Part shown: piece after piece, positions 27,981-36,294 of the stretch
Position numbering within the stretch: position 1 is the stretch's first letter
Layout: each line of letters begins with the position of its first letter
Source of the DNA: an uncultured Anaerolineales bacterium
GTDB taxonomy: Bacteria; Chloroflexota; Anaerolineae; B4-G1; SLSP01
NCBI GenBank assembly: GCA_964437445.1
Contig: CAYTGR010000002.1
Coordinates: 52,406-116,405, forward strand
DNA: 64,000 nt
Direction of reading: 5' to 3'
Notes under the pieces: model-generated
Databases searched by the model: none
What the model was told of the DNA's origin: nothing
What the model saw: only the letters and a program-made list of their open reading frames with translations
Position numbers and translations under genes: made by a program

Positions 27981-27998
27981 CGCCAACTTCAGTTGGCG
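27981..27998. repeat. Perfect 8-bp hairpin between convergent genes
   Basis: CGCCAACT-TC-AGTTGGCG. Confidence 0.5.
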
Positions 27999-28015
27999 AT
28001 TCAAAAGGGAGAAAG

Positions 28016-28063
28016 GTTTGTAGTAGCGCGCTCAAGACGGCGCTAAAGCGCCTCACTACAAAC
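28016..28063. repeat. GTAG-type REP-like element
   Basis: GTTTGTAGT...GGCGCTAAAGCGCC..ACTACAAAC with terminal inverted repeats. Confidence 0.75.
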
Positions 28064-29140
28064 TTGAGCGATGGCTTGCTCCAGGGCCGTGTAAAAGCGT
28101 TCCGGGGCGAACCGCGCGGCGTTGGCCTGGCAGACAGTTGGGTCCACGGCCTCAGCGTCAAAGGTGCGGACTGCTTCCGCTAACGCGGCCGGCGTCGGTT
28201 CGTAGAAGAAAGTCCCCGTCACGCCGGCCTGGACCGTATCCAGGGCGCCCCCTGCGCCGAAGGCAATTACCGGCCGCCCGGCGGCCTGCGCTTCCACCGG
28301 CGTGATCCCAAAATCCTCCCGCCCTGGGAAGACAAAGGCCCGGCAGCGTGCGAAGAGCTCCGGCAAGGCGGCATCGGGCACGCGGCCCAGGAAGCGGATG
28401 GTGGGGCCGGCCAGCGCCTCCAACGCAGCCCGGTCGCGCCCATCACCAGCGATCCAGAGCGGCAGCCGCAGTTCATTGAACGCCTGGATCGCCAGGTCAA
28501 TCCGCTTGTAGGGGATCAGCCGTGAGACGATGAGGTAATAGTCGTCGTGGGTGGGAGTGGGGCGGTAGCGCGTCACGTCCACCGGTGGGTAAATGATGGT
28601 GGATTCGCGCCCATAGTAGCGGAGGATCCGCTCCTGGATTTCGGTGGAGATGGCGACAAAACGGGTGACACGCCGGGCGGCAGCATAGTCCCAGCGGCGC
28701 AGCAGTGCGATGAGGGGGCGCAGCGCCACCCGCAGGAGTGGCGGGAGCGCCTCGCGTGCTGCGTAAGCCTCGTACTCCCAGACGTAACGGGTCGGCGCCA
28801 GACAGTAGCAGAGATGGGGCGTAGTGCCCGCGCGCAGCCCGTGACAGAAGCCGCTCTTGTTGCTGAGAATGAGGTCGTAGCCGGCGAGGCTCAGATCCAG
28901 GCGGGCAAAGGCCAGCGCGTAGAGCGGGAAGTAGGCCTGATGGTGGCGGTAAATCCCCGGCAGGCGGTCCAGCCAGGTGGTGTGAATGTCCCACTCGCGG
29001 TAAGCGGGGGGCATCCCTGCGCGCCAGTACATACTGGTGTAGACCGGCGCGCCAGGGAAATGGGCTACCAGGGCTTCCAGCACGCGCTCGGCGCCGCCGT
29101 ACTGGTTGAGCCAGTCATGGACGAGGGCAATCCGGGTCAT
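28043..29140 (-). CDS. GT4 family glycosyltransferase
   Basis: IALVHDWL...GGAERVL and EDFGITPVEAQAAGRPVI. Confidence 0.92.
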   Translation of the reverse strand: MTRIALVHDWLNQYGGAERVLEALVAHFPGAPVYTSMYWRAGMPPAYREWDIHTTWLDRLPGIYRHHQAYFPLYALAFARLDLSLAGYDLILSNKSGFCHGLRAGTTPHLCYCLAPTRYVWEYEAYAAREALPPLLRVALRPLIALLRRWDYAAARRVTRFVAISTEIQERILRYYGRESTIIYPPVDVTRYRPTPTHDDYYLIVSRLIPYKRIDLAIQAFNELRLPLWIAGDGRDRAALEALAGPTIRFLGRVPDAALPELFARCRAFVFPGREDFGITPVEAQAAGRPVIAFGAGGALDTVQAGVTGTFFYEPTPAALAEAVRTFDAEAVDPTVCQANAARFAPERFYTALEQAIAQVCSEAL

Positions 29141-30675
29141 GCGGTGGGCAGCGTGTTCAGCGTCTCGCCGTGCAGCGCCCGGCGCAGGGCTTCACGGTCG
29201 TCCCAGGGGTACTCCATGGTGCCGAAGCACATGCTCTGTTCGTGCCCTTTGCCGCAGGTGATCACCACATCGCCGGGCCGGGCCAATGTCACCGCGTGGC
29301 GCAGCGCTTCTCCCCGGTCGGCCACGCGGAAGAAGTCACGTCCCTCCTGGCGGCCGGCGCGGGTCAACGCGGCAGCCGTCTCGCCCATGATGGCTTCCAG
29401 CGGCTCGGTGCGTGGGTCTTCCGCCGTTACCACTGTGATGTCGGCCAGCGCGGCGGCGACTTCGCCCATGAGCTGCCGTTTGGCGCGGTCACGCAAGCCG
29501 GCGCAGCCGAAGACCACGATCACCCGTCCGCCCGGCGGCGTGAGCTGGCGAACTGTCTCCAGGGCGCGTTGCAGAGCGTTCGGCGTGTGGGCAAAATCTA
29601 CGATGGCGGTGAAGGGCTGACCTTCGTCAATCCGTTCCATGCGGCCTGGTACGCCGCGCACGGCCGCAACCCCGGCGGCGATGGCTTCAGGGGCGAGCTC
29701 CAGTCCCAGCCCTACCGCGACCGCCGCCAGCAGGTTGCTCACGTTAAAAGCGCCCACCAGCGGTGAGGTGACGGCGACTTCCCCCCACGGGCTGACCGCC
29801 TGGAAACGGAGTCCGGCGGGGGGGTACTCAAGCGCCTGCGCTTTGACCTGCGCTTCCGGGTGCGCTATGCCGTAGACGATCTGGCGGTCGGCGGGCAGCG
29901 CCTTGAGATAGGCGTAGGAACCGGGATCGTCGGCGTTGAGCACAGCCAGCTTGGGCACGCCCGGTTTGCGGTAGGCCGTGGCCAGCTGGTGGAAGAGTCG
30001 TGCTTTGGCGTCGCGGTAGGCTTCAAACGTGCCGTGGTAGTCCAGGTGCTCATGGGTGATATTGGTGACCACGGCGACATCAAAATCGCAGCCGGCGAGC
30101 CGCCCCTGGGCCAGGCCATGCGAGGTGGATTCCAGGACGGCGTGGGTGGTGCCGGCCGCGACCATCTCGGCCAGGTAGTGCTGGACTTCTGGCGCGGGCG
30201 GCGTGGTGGTGTGCAAGCCGGTGTCGTAACTGCGGTCGCCGATCTGGGCGTTGACGGTGCTGATCATCCCGGCGTTGTAACCGGCAGCTTTGAGGATGGC
30301 GTAGATGAGGTTGGTGGTGGTGGTTTTACCATCGGTGCCGGTGACGCCGATCAGCGTCAGGCGGCGCGCGGGGAAGCCGTGCCAGGCGGCATGGAGCCAG
30401 CCTAAGGCCTCGCGGGCCTCGGTGACGCGCACGTAGGGGAACCCGGCCGGCAGTCCCGTTTCGGCCAACGGGCGCTCACCCACCACGGCGCCGGCGCCGG
30501 CGGCCACGGCCTGCGGGATGAAGCGATGTCCATCTACGGCCAGCCCGGGCACGGCGACGAAGAGGGCTCCCGGCTGCACCTGACGCGAGTCATCGGTGAT
30601 AGCGGTTAACTCCGGGTCAGTAACCGGGCGTTCCTGGATCCCTGGCACAGCGGCCAGCAAGGTGCTCAAGTGCAT
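29137..30675 (-). CDS. murE: UDP-MurNAc-dipeptide:diamino acid ligase MurE
   Basis: GVTGTDGKTTT, TTP, E.TSHGL, TNITHEHLDYH, VPGRME, VDFAHTP, FGCAG.RD..KR and GKGHE. The track's N-terminal extension is a translated heptamer repeat; true start ATG 30675 follows GGAGGAG. Confidence 0.95.
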   Translation of the reverse strand: MHLSTLLAAVPGIQERPVTDPELTAITDDSRQVQPGALFVAVPGLAVDGHRFIPQAVAAGAGAVVGERPLAETGLPAGFPYVRVTEAREALGWLHAAWHGFPARRLTLIGVTGTDGKTTTTNLIYAILKAAGYNAGMISTVNAQIGDRSYDTGLHTTTPPAPEVQHYLAEMVAAGTTHAVLESTSHGLAQGRLAGCDFDVAVVTNITHEHLDYHGTFEAYRDAKARLFHQLATAYRKPGVPKLAVLNADDPGSYAYLKALPADRQIVYGIAHPEAQVKAQALEYPPAGLRFQAVSPWGEVAVTSPLVGAFNVSNLLAAVAVGLGLELAPEAIAAGVAAVRGVPGRMERIDEGQPFTAIVDFAHTPNALQRALETVRQLTPPGGRVIVVFGCAGLRDRAKRQLMGEVAAALADITVVTAEDPRTEPLEAIMGETAAALTRAGRQEGRDFFRVADRGEALRHAVTLARPGDVVITCGKGHEQSMCFGTMEYPWDDREALRRALHGETLNTLPTA

Positions 30676-30687
30676 GGTTACTCCTCC

Positions 30688-30791
30688 GTCGTGAAACGTG
30701 AAGCGTGAAACGTAAAACGTGATGCGTGAAGCGTGAAACGTAAAACGTGAAACGTAAAACGTGAGAAGAGTCACGTTTCACGTTTCACGTT
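30688..30791. repeat. Heptamer tandem/inverted array (CGTGAAA family)
   Basis: About 11 units CGTGAAA/CGTGAAG/CGTAAAA/CGTGATG, then inverted TCACGTT x3. Confidence 0.88.
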
Positions 30792-30822
30792 TGGGTTGCA
30801 GAAGCGGGCCGTTACTTTGCCG

Positions 30823-31590
30823 CTAAGCGCAGACGACGCCACCACTGACCGCGCGGCGCAGCTGCTCCAGCTGGCCGGCCATGCTGCCATCAACGACCTG
30901 ATTGCCCAGGCGCAATACCACTCCGCCCAAGAGCGCCGGGTTGACTTTGAAGGTCACGGTTGGCTCATGGCCCAGGCGGCGGGTCAGGTCGGCGCGGAGG
31001 GTGGCCTGTTCGGCCTCCGTCAGCGGGACGGCGCTGGTAATCTCCACATCGGCAGCCTCACCCGGCTGGACCATTTCCAGGATGGGCACACGCTCTTCCT
31101 GGATGCCACTGAAGAACGAAGCTACCAGCTGGCGCTGACGCTGCTCGTCCAGCGACTCGCCGATCAGCCGGTTGGTAGCGGCGATGGCCAGGGCGGTGAT
31201 CTCGTCGCGGGTGCGCGAGAGGATGCGCTCTTTTTCGCGCTGCGCATCGGTGCGGGATTGCTCCAGCAGGCGACGGGCTTCCTCGTTGGCGCGCTCCACG
31301 ATCTCTTCACGGATCTTCTGGGCCTCTTGCGAGGCGGTGGCGATGACCTGGCGGGCTTCATCGCGGGCCGCGGCCAGCAGCTGAGCGTGTTCTTCTTCAG
31401 CGCGGGCGCGGGCCGCCGCCGTCTCCTGGGCTTGCTGCTGCATCTGTTCCAGCAACGCACGCCGGGCTGCCAGCCGCTTCATCGCCGGTTTCCAGAGCAA
31501 CGCCGTGAGGGCCGCGAACAAGATCAAGAAATTGACAATCTGGGCCAGGATATAGCTGGGGATAATCCCCAGAGTTCCTAAGGTGTCCAC
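30823..31590 (-). CDS. atpF: F0F1 ATP synthase subunit b fused to the C-terminal part of subunit delta
   Basis: b signature AQIVNFLILF...LLWKP and coiled coil, then delta-type ITSAVPL...KVNPALLGGVVLRLGNQVVDGS..GQL. RBS AGGAGG before GTG. Confidence 0.88.
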   Translation of the reverse strand: MDTLGTLGIIPSYILAQIVNFLILFAALTALLWKPAMKRLAARRALLEQMQQQAQETAAARARAEEEHAQLLAAARDEARQVIATASQEAQKIREEIVERANEEARRLLEQSRTDAQREKERILSRTRDEITALAIAATNRLIGESLDEQRQRQLVASFFSGIQEERVPILEMVQPGEAADVEITSAVPLTEAEQATLRADLTRRLGHEPTVTFKVNPALLGGVVLRLGNQVVDGSMAGQLEQLRRAVSGGVVCA

Positions 31591-31616
31591 AGTGGACCTC
31601 CTGAAAGGGTTGAGTG

Positions 31617-31886
<270 letters not shown>

Positions 31887-31893
31887 TTAAAAT

Positions 31894-32796
31894 TTAGCTG
31901 TGATGTTCTGCTTCCTCACCGTGCTGTTGCGCAGCCATCATGAAGAAAATCAGCGAAAGCATAGAGAAAATCAGGGCCTGCACCACGCCTACAAACAGCT
32001 CTAAGCCCATGAAAGGCAGCGAGACCACGAACGCGGCCAGGTAACTGATGACAATGAGCAGGACTTCACCGGCGAAGACGTTGCCAAACAACCGGAAGGC
32101 AAACGAGAAGATCTTGATGAATTCACTGATCAGTTCCAGCAGGCCGGCAAACCCGTTAGAGAACATCAAAAGGGGCCGCAAAGCACCACTATCCTTGGGG
32201 GCCGTGAAATTGAAGAATTTCCGCAGATAGTGCTGACCCTGGAAGCGGAACCCGAAGTACTGAATGGCAACGAACGAGATCAACGCCAGGGCGAGCGTCA
32301 CGCTCAGGTCGGCATCTGCGCCGCGCAACAGGGGGACCAATATCGCCTCGCCGTTATGTTCCTCCCAGACGCCGATAGAGCCCACGCCGGGCAGCAGGCC
32401 CATCCAGTTGGCGGTGAGGATGAAGAAAAAGAAAGTGCCTACCAGCGGAAACAGGATTGGGGTCAGCTGGGGGCCGGCAATATTGCTCACGAAGTTATAA
32501 ACGGTTTCAAAGATGCCATCGACTGTCGCGATCCAGCCGCTACCGCCTTCGGTGGGGGACAGCCGGCGTACACCCCGCCAGTAGGAGAGGCCTACTCCCA
32601 GCAAAATCAAGGTGGTCAGCAGGGTGGTGGGCAGGGTGTTGGGGATGGCGTACCCGAACAGGTGGAACTTTTCGGGCGCCATGCTGATCTCCGGCATCTC
32701 CTTGCCCGGCAGCAGCAGGCCACCCACGCATAGGAAAAGCAGCAACAGGATCCCCAGGATCAGCCAGGGCTGCTTGCGCGATTTTTCAGGCGCCAT
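31894..32796 (-). CDS. atpB: ATP synthase subunit a
   Basis: FILTANWMGLLPG, LELISE...SFAFRLFGNVFAGE (essential Arg) and LELFVGVVQALIF. Confidence 0.96.
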   Translation of the reverse strand: MAPEKSRKQPWLILGILLLLFLCVGGLLLPGKEMPEISMAPEKFHLFGYAIPNTLPTTLLTTLILLGVGLSYWRGVRRLSPTEGGSGWIATVDGIFETVYNFVSNIAGPQLTPILFPLVGTFFFFILTANWMGLLPGVGSIGVWEEHNGEAILVPLLRGADADLSVTLALALISFVAIQYFGFRFQGQHYLRKFFNFTAPKDSGALRPLLMFSNGFAGLLELISEFIKIFSFAFRLFGNVFAGEVLLIVISYLAAFVVSLPFMGLELFVGVVQALIFSMLSLIFFMMAAQQHGEEAEHHS

Positions 32797-32897
32797 AGCA
32801 CCTCCTCAGAAATAGTCGGTTGGTCATTGAGTTGCCTTGTCAATCGGTTCCGTCGTTTTACCGTTAGTCTGGGCCACTTGTGGCTGGAGACGCCGGC

Positions 32898-33194
32898 TTA
32901 AGGTTCTGAAATATCCGTTGGCTCCGAGGGGGGTGCGGTCTCCGGCGGCCTCTGCTTCATCCGGTTGGCCACCCGTTGCAGGACCCACCGGTAAACCATC
33001 ACCGGTCCCACGATCATCCCCACCAAAACCAGGAGCAAGGTGAAAAGCGGCAGGGTCTTCAAATGGGTGTCCACGATATAACCCAACGCCAGACCGAGCA
33101 GGACCGGGAAAACGAGCAGAAAGCCGGCCTGGCTGCCTACTGTCAGCCCCCAGGCCACGTCTCGCCATTGCTCATGCTGCGGTTCTTGCTGCAT
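32898..33194 (-). CDS. AtpZ/AtpI-family protein
   Basis: Two TM helices with LALGYIVD...PLFTLLLVLVG; first gene of the atp block. Confidence 0.8.
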   Translation of the reverse strand: MQQEPQHEQWRDVAWGLTVGSQAGFLLVFPVLLGLALGYIVDTHLKTLPLFTLLLVLVGMIVGPVMVYRWVLQRVANRMKQRPPETAPPSEPTDISEP

Positions 33195-33236
33195 GGAACC
33201 TTACTCCTGCGGTTCACTCAACGGCATAATGTGCTG

Positions 33237-33264
33237 ATTATAACATAACCTGCCGGGCAATCAA
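33237..33264 (-). promoter_or_regulatory. Extended -10 promoter of the atp block
   Basis: Minus strand TTGATT, 16 nt ending in TGT, then TATAAT (33237-33242). Confidence 0.55.
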
Positions 33265-34736
33265 CCGGCGAAAAAGAGCTGCGCCGCAGATTCCAGCCAG
33301 GGCAGGACCAGGCTGGGGAACAATCCTACCAGCAGCACCGCGCCTAAGGTTAGACCCAGGGCAATTTTCAACAGCGGTGGGGTCTCCAGCTTGTCCTCCC
33401 GGATCATGGGGGCCAGATAGAGGGCCTGGATCACTTTCCAGTAGTAGCCGACTGAGATGACGCTGTTGATGACGCCCAACACGGCCAGCCAGACCAGGCC
33501 GCTTTCTATGGCGGCGGAGAAGAGCCAGAGCTTGCCCATGAAACCGGCGGTGCCCGGAATCCCGGCCAGCGAGAGCAGGCAGATGGTCAGCACGGCCGCC
33601 AGCAGAGCCGCCCGTTTGTGGCCGCCGGCGTAGCTGGCGATCAGCTCGCTGCCGGTCTGGTTGGCAAAGGCGATGATGGCGGCAAAGGCGCCCAGGTTGG
33701 TGAGGGCATAGGCGACCAGGTAGAAAAGCACAGCGGTCACGCCCCGGCTGGTGGCAACCGCCACGCCGATCAGGATGTAGCCCGCTTGCGCGATGCTGGA
33801 GTAGGCCATCAGCCGTTTGATGTTTTCCTGGCCCAACGCGGCCAGGTTGCCCACCACCATCGCAAACGCCGAGAGGAAGGTCAGCAGCGGCCAGCGCAGA
33901 TCGCTGCCTAAGGTCAGGACGCCGGGGAAGAGCACCAGCACCACGCGCACCAACAGGGCGAAGCCGGCAATTTTGGGCGCGACCGAGAGAAAAGCCGTGA
34001 CCGGGGTGGGGGCCCCTTCGTAAGCATCTGGCGCCCAGTGGTGGAAAGGAGCGGCGGCCACTTTGTAGGCCAGCCCGGCCAGGATCAGGATCAGGATGGG
34101 GACCAGCGCCAGGGGCGAGATGAATTGCTCAATCATGCGGAGACTGGCTGCAATCCAGAGCAGGTCGGTGCTGCCGGTCAGCCCATAGAGCCAGGAGAAG
34201 CCATAGAGCATGACCGCCGAGAGCGTCGCCCCGTAGATGAAGTACTTAAAAGCGGCCTCGGTGCCGTATTTGTCGTGGCGCAGGTAGCCGGTGAGCAGGT
34301 AAGAGAGGATGCTCAGCAGGTCAAACAGCAGGAAGATGGTAATGAGCTCGGTAGCGGCCCCCAGCAGGCTGATGGAGAGCGCGGCCAGCAGTAGCAGGGC
34401 ATAGAAGAGCGCCGGCTGGTCGGTATGCGCGCGCAGGTAATCCTCGGAGACCAGCACCAGCAGCGTCATCGTCACCCAGGTGATGGCCTTGATGCAGACG
34501 GCAAACAGGTCCAGCTGAAAGACCGCCAGCACTCGCTCCGTTTGCTGTCCCAGCGTCACCGTGGCGACCAGCGCTAAGGTCAGCCCGGCCAGCGAGACAT
34601 AGGGCAGCCAGTGCTGGACCCGCTGGTGTTCAACCAGGTCCAGGCCCAGCAGGAGGAGCGCCGTGGCCAGGACGATCAGCTCGGGCGAGAGGTACCAGGC
34701 GATGGCTCCCCAATTGAGCAGTGTATCCCCATACAA
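33261..34736 (-). CDS. nuoN: NADH-quinone oxidoreductase subunit N
   Basis: EAAFKYF.YG, YKVAAAPFHHWAPDAYEGAPTP, KRLMAYSSIAQAGY, SLAGIP.TAGF.GK and YYWK. Confidence 0.95.
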   Translation of the reverse strand: MYGDTLLNWGAIAWYLSPELIVLATALLLLGLDLVEHQRVQHWLPYVSLAGLTLALVATVTLGQQTERVLAVFQLDLFAVCIKAITWVTMTLLVLVSEDYLRAHTDQPALFYALLLLAALSISLLGAATELITIFLLFDLLSILSYLLTGYLRHDKYGTEAAFKYFIYGATLSAVMLYGFSWLYGLTGSTDLLWIAASLRMIEQFISPLALVPILILILAGLAYKVAAAPFHHWAPDAYEGAPTPVTAFLSVAPKIAGFALLVRVVLVLFPGVLTLGSDLRWPLLTFLSAFAMVVGNLAALGQENIKRLMAYSSIAQAGYILIGVAVATSRGVTAVLFYLVAYALTNLGAFAAIIAFANQTGSELIASYAGGHKRAALLAAVLTICLLSLAGIPGTAGFMGKLWLFSAAIESGLVWLAVLGVINSVISVGYYWKVIQALYLAPMIREDKLETPPLLKIALGLTLGAVLLVGLFPSLVLPWLESAAQLFFAG

Positions 34737-34748
34737 GGTTTACCTCCC

Positions 34749-36278
34749 TTAAGGCAGCGCTCGCAACAACGTGGTCATAGCCGCATTGAACATTTGCAGC
34801 AAGGGGGTGGGATAGAAGCCCAGGAAGACCATGCCCAGGACGAGCGGCCAGAGGGTCACTTTTTCCCACCAGGTCATGTCAGGCAGCTGGCCCCAGCGCT
34901 CTTTATCCAGGGTGCCCAGGAAGACGTATTGCACGATTTTCCAGAGAATGTAGCCGGCGGTGAAGACCATGCCCAGGACGCCGATGAAGGCCGCGGCCGG
35001 GATGAAATAGACGGTGCCCCGGAAGACGAAGAGCTCGCTCCAGAAGCCGGCCAGCCCCGGCAGCCCCAACGACGCGAAGCCGGTGACCATCGTGATCCCG
35101 TAGTAGTAGGGGACCTGCGAGGCCAGCCCGCCGAAGGCTTTGATCTCGCGGGTGTGCGCCCGCTCGTAGATGATGCCGACCAGGAAAAACAGCGCGCCCG
35201 TGATGAGACCGTGGGCGAACATCTGCATCGCGGCCCCGTTCAGGCCCGAAGCGGCGGCGCTCAGCGCGTTCTCCGGTTGCAGGTTGGGATACCCGGCGGC
35301 AGCCGAAGCGATCCCCAACGTGACGTATCCCATGTGTGCCACTGAGGAATAGGCGATCAGCCGTTTGAGGTCCCACTGGGCCATGCAGACCAGCGCACCG
35401 TAGACGATGCTGACGACCGCCAGGACCGGGATAATCGGGACATCCACCACGTAGTAGTGGAACTGCTGCGGGAAAAGCGGCAGGGCGATGCGGATCAGCC
35501 CGTAGGCGCCCAACTTCAGCAGGATGCCCGCCAGGATGACGCTGCCGGCGGTCGGCGCTTCGGTGTGCGCATCCGGCAACCAGGTATGGAAGGGGAAGGA
35601 GGGCACTTTGATGGCAAAGGCGATGAAGAAGGCCCAGAAGGCCATGCTGGCCCAGGTGAAGTTATGGGCAAACGGCTGCGCCTTAGCCGCTTCCAGGATG
35701 TTGAAGGTGCCGGTCTGGAAGTAGACGCTCAGGATCGCCAGCAGCATGAAGACGCTACCGGCCAGCGTATACAGGAAGAACTTGATGGCCGCGTATTCCC
35801 GCCGTTTGCCGCCCCAGACGCCGATGAGCAGGAACATGGGGACCAGGCCGATCTCCCAGAACAGGTAGAACAGCACCAGGTCCAGCGCCATGAAGACGCC
35901 CATCATCCCCAGTTCCAGCAGCAGGAAGAGGAAGAAGTATTCCTTGACCCGTAGCTTGATGACATAGGACGAGTAGAACAGGGAGAGCGTGGTCAGCAGG
36001 CCGGTCAGGAAGATCATGGGGGCGCTCAACCCATCGGCGGCTACTTCGTACCAGATGTGGAAAGAGGGAATCCAGGCGTAACGTTCGGTCAGCTGCATGG
36101 TCTCGGCGCCCTGTTGGGCGACCAGCCACCAGATGAGAGCCCCCTGCACCAGCGTGATGAAGGCAAAAGCCGTGCCGATGCGCCGGATGGTCTTCTCATC
36201 CTCGCGTGGGATAATCAACACGAGCAGGGCTCCCACCAATGGAGTAAACAGGGTGACGCTCAAAATTGGAAAATTCAT
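34749..36278 (-). CDS. nuoM: NADH-quinone oxidoreductase subunit M
   Basis: FWEIGLVPM, IKVP.FPFHTWLPDAHTEAPT, LLKLGAYG, KRLIAYSS.AHMG and GLPGLAGFWSE. Confidence 0.95.
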   Translation of the reverse strand: MNFPILSVTLFTPLVGALLVLIIPREDEKTIRRIGTAFAFITLVQGALIWWLVAQQGAETMQLTERYAWIPSFHIWYEVAADGLSAPMIFLTGLLTTLSLFYSSYVIKLRVKEYFFLFLLLELGMMGVFMALDLVLFYLFWEIGLVPMFLLIGVWGGKRREYAAIKFFLYTLAGSVFMLLAILSVYFQTGTFNILEAAKAQPFAHNFTWASMAFWAFFIAFAIKVPSFPFHTWLPDAHTEAPTAGSVILAGILLKLGAYGLIRIALPLFPQQFHYYVVDVPIIPVLAVVSIVYGALVCMAQWDLKRLIAYSSVAHMGYVTLGIASAAAGYPNLQPENALSAAASGLNGAAMQMFAHGLITGALFFLVGIIYERAHTREIKAFGGLASQVPYYYGITMVTGFASLGLPGLAGFWSELFVFRGTVYFIPAAAFIGVLGMVFTAGYILWKIVQYVFLGTLDKERWGQLPDMTWWEKVTLWPLVLGMVFLGFYPTPLLQMFNAAMTTLLRALP

Positions 36279-36294
36279 ACCTGCGCTCCTCAAA

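Noticed and set aside
30676-30774. Apparent N-terminal extension of MurE (TFYVSRFTFHASR...)
   Set aside because: It is the translated heptamer repeat. The true start is ATG 30675 with a strong RBS.
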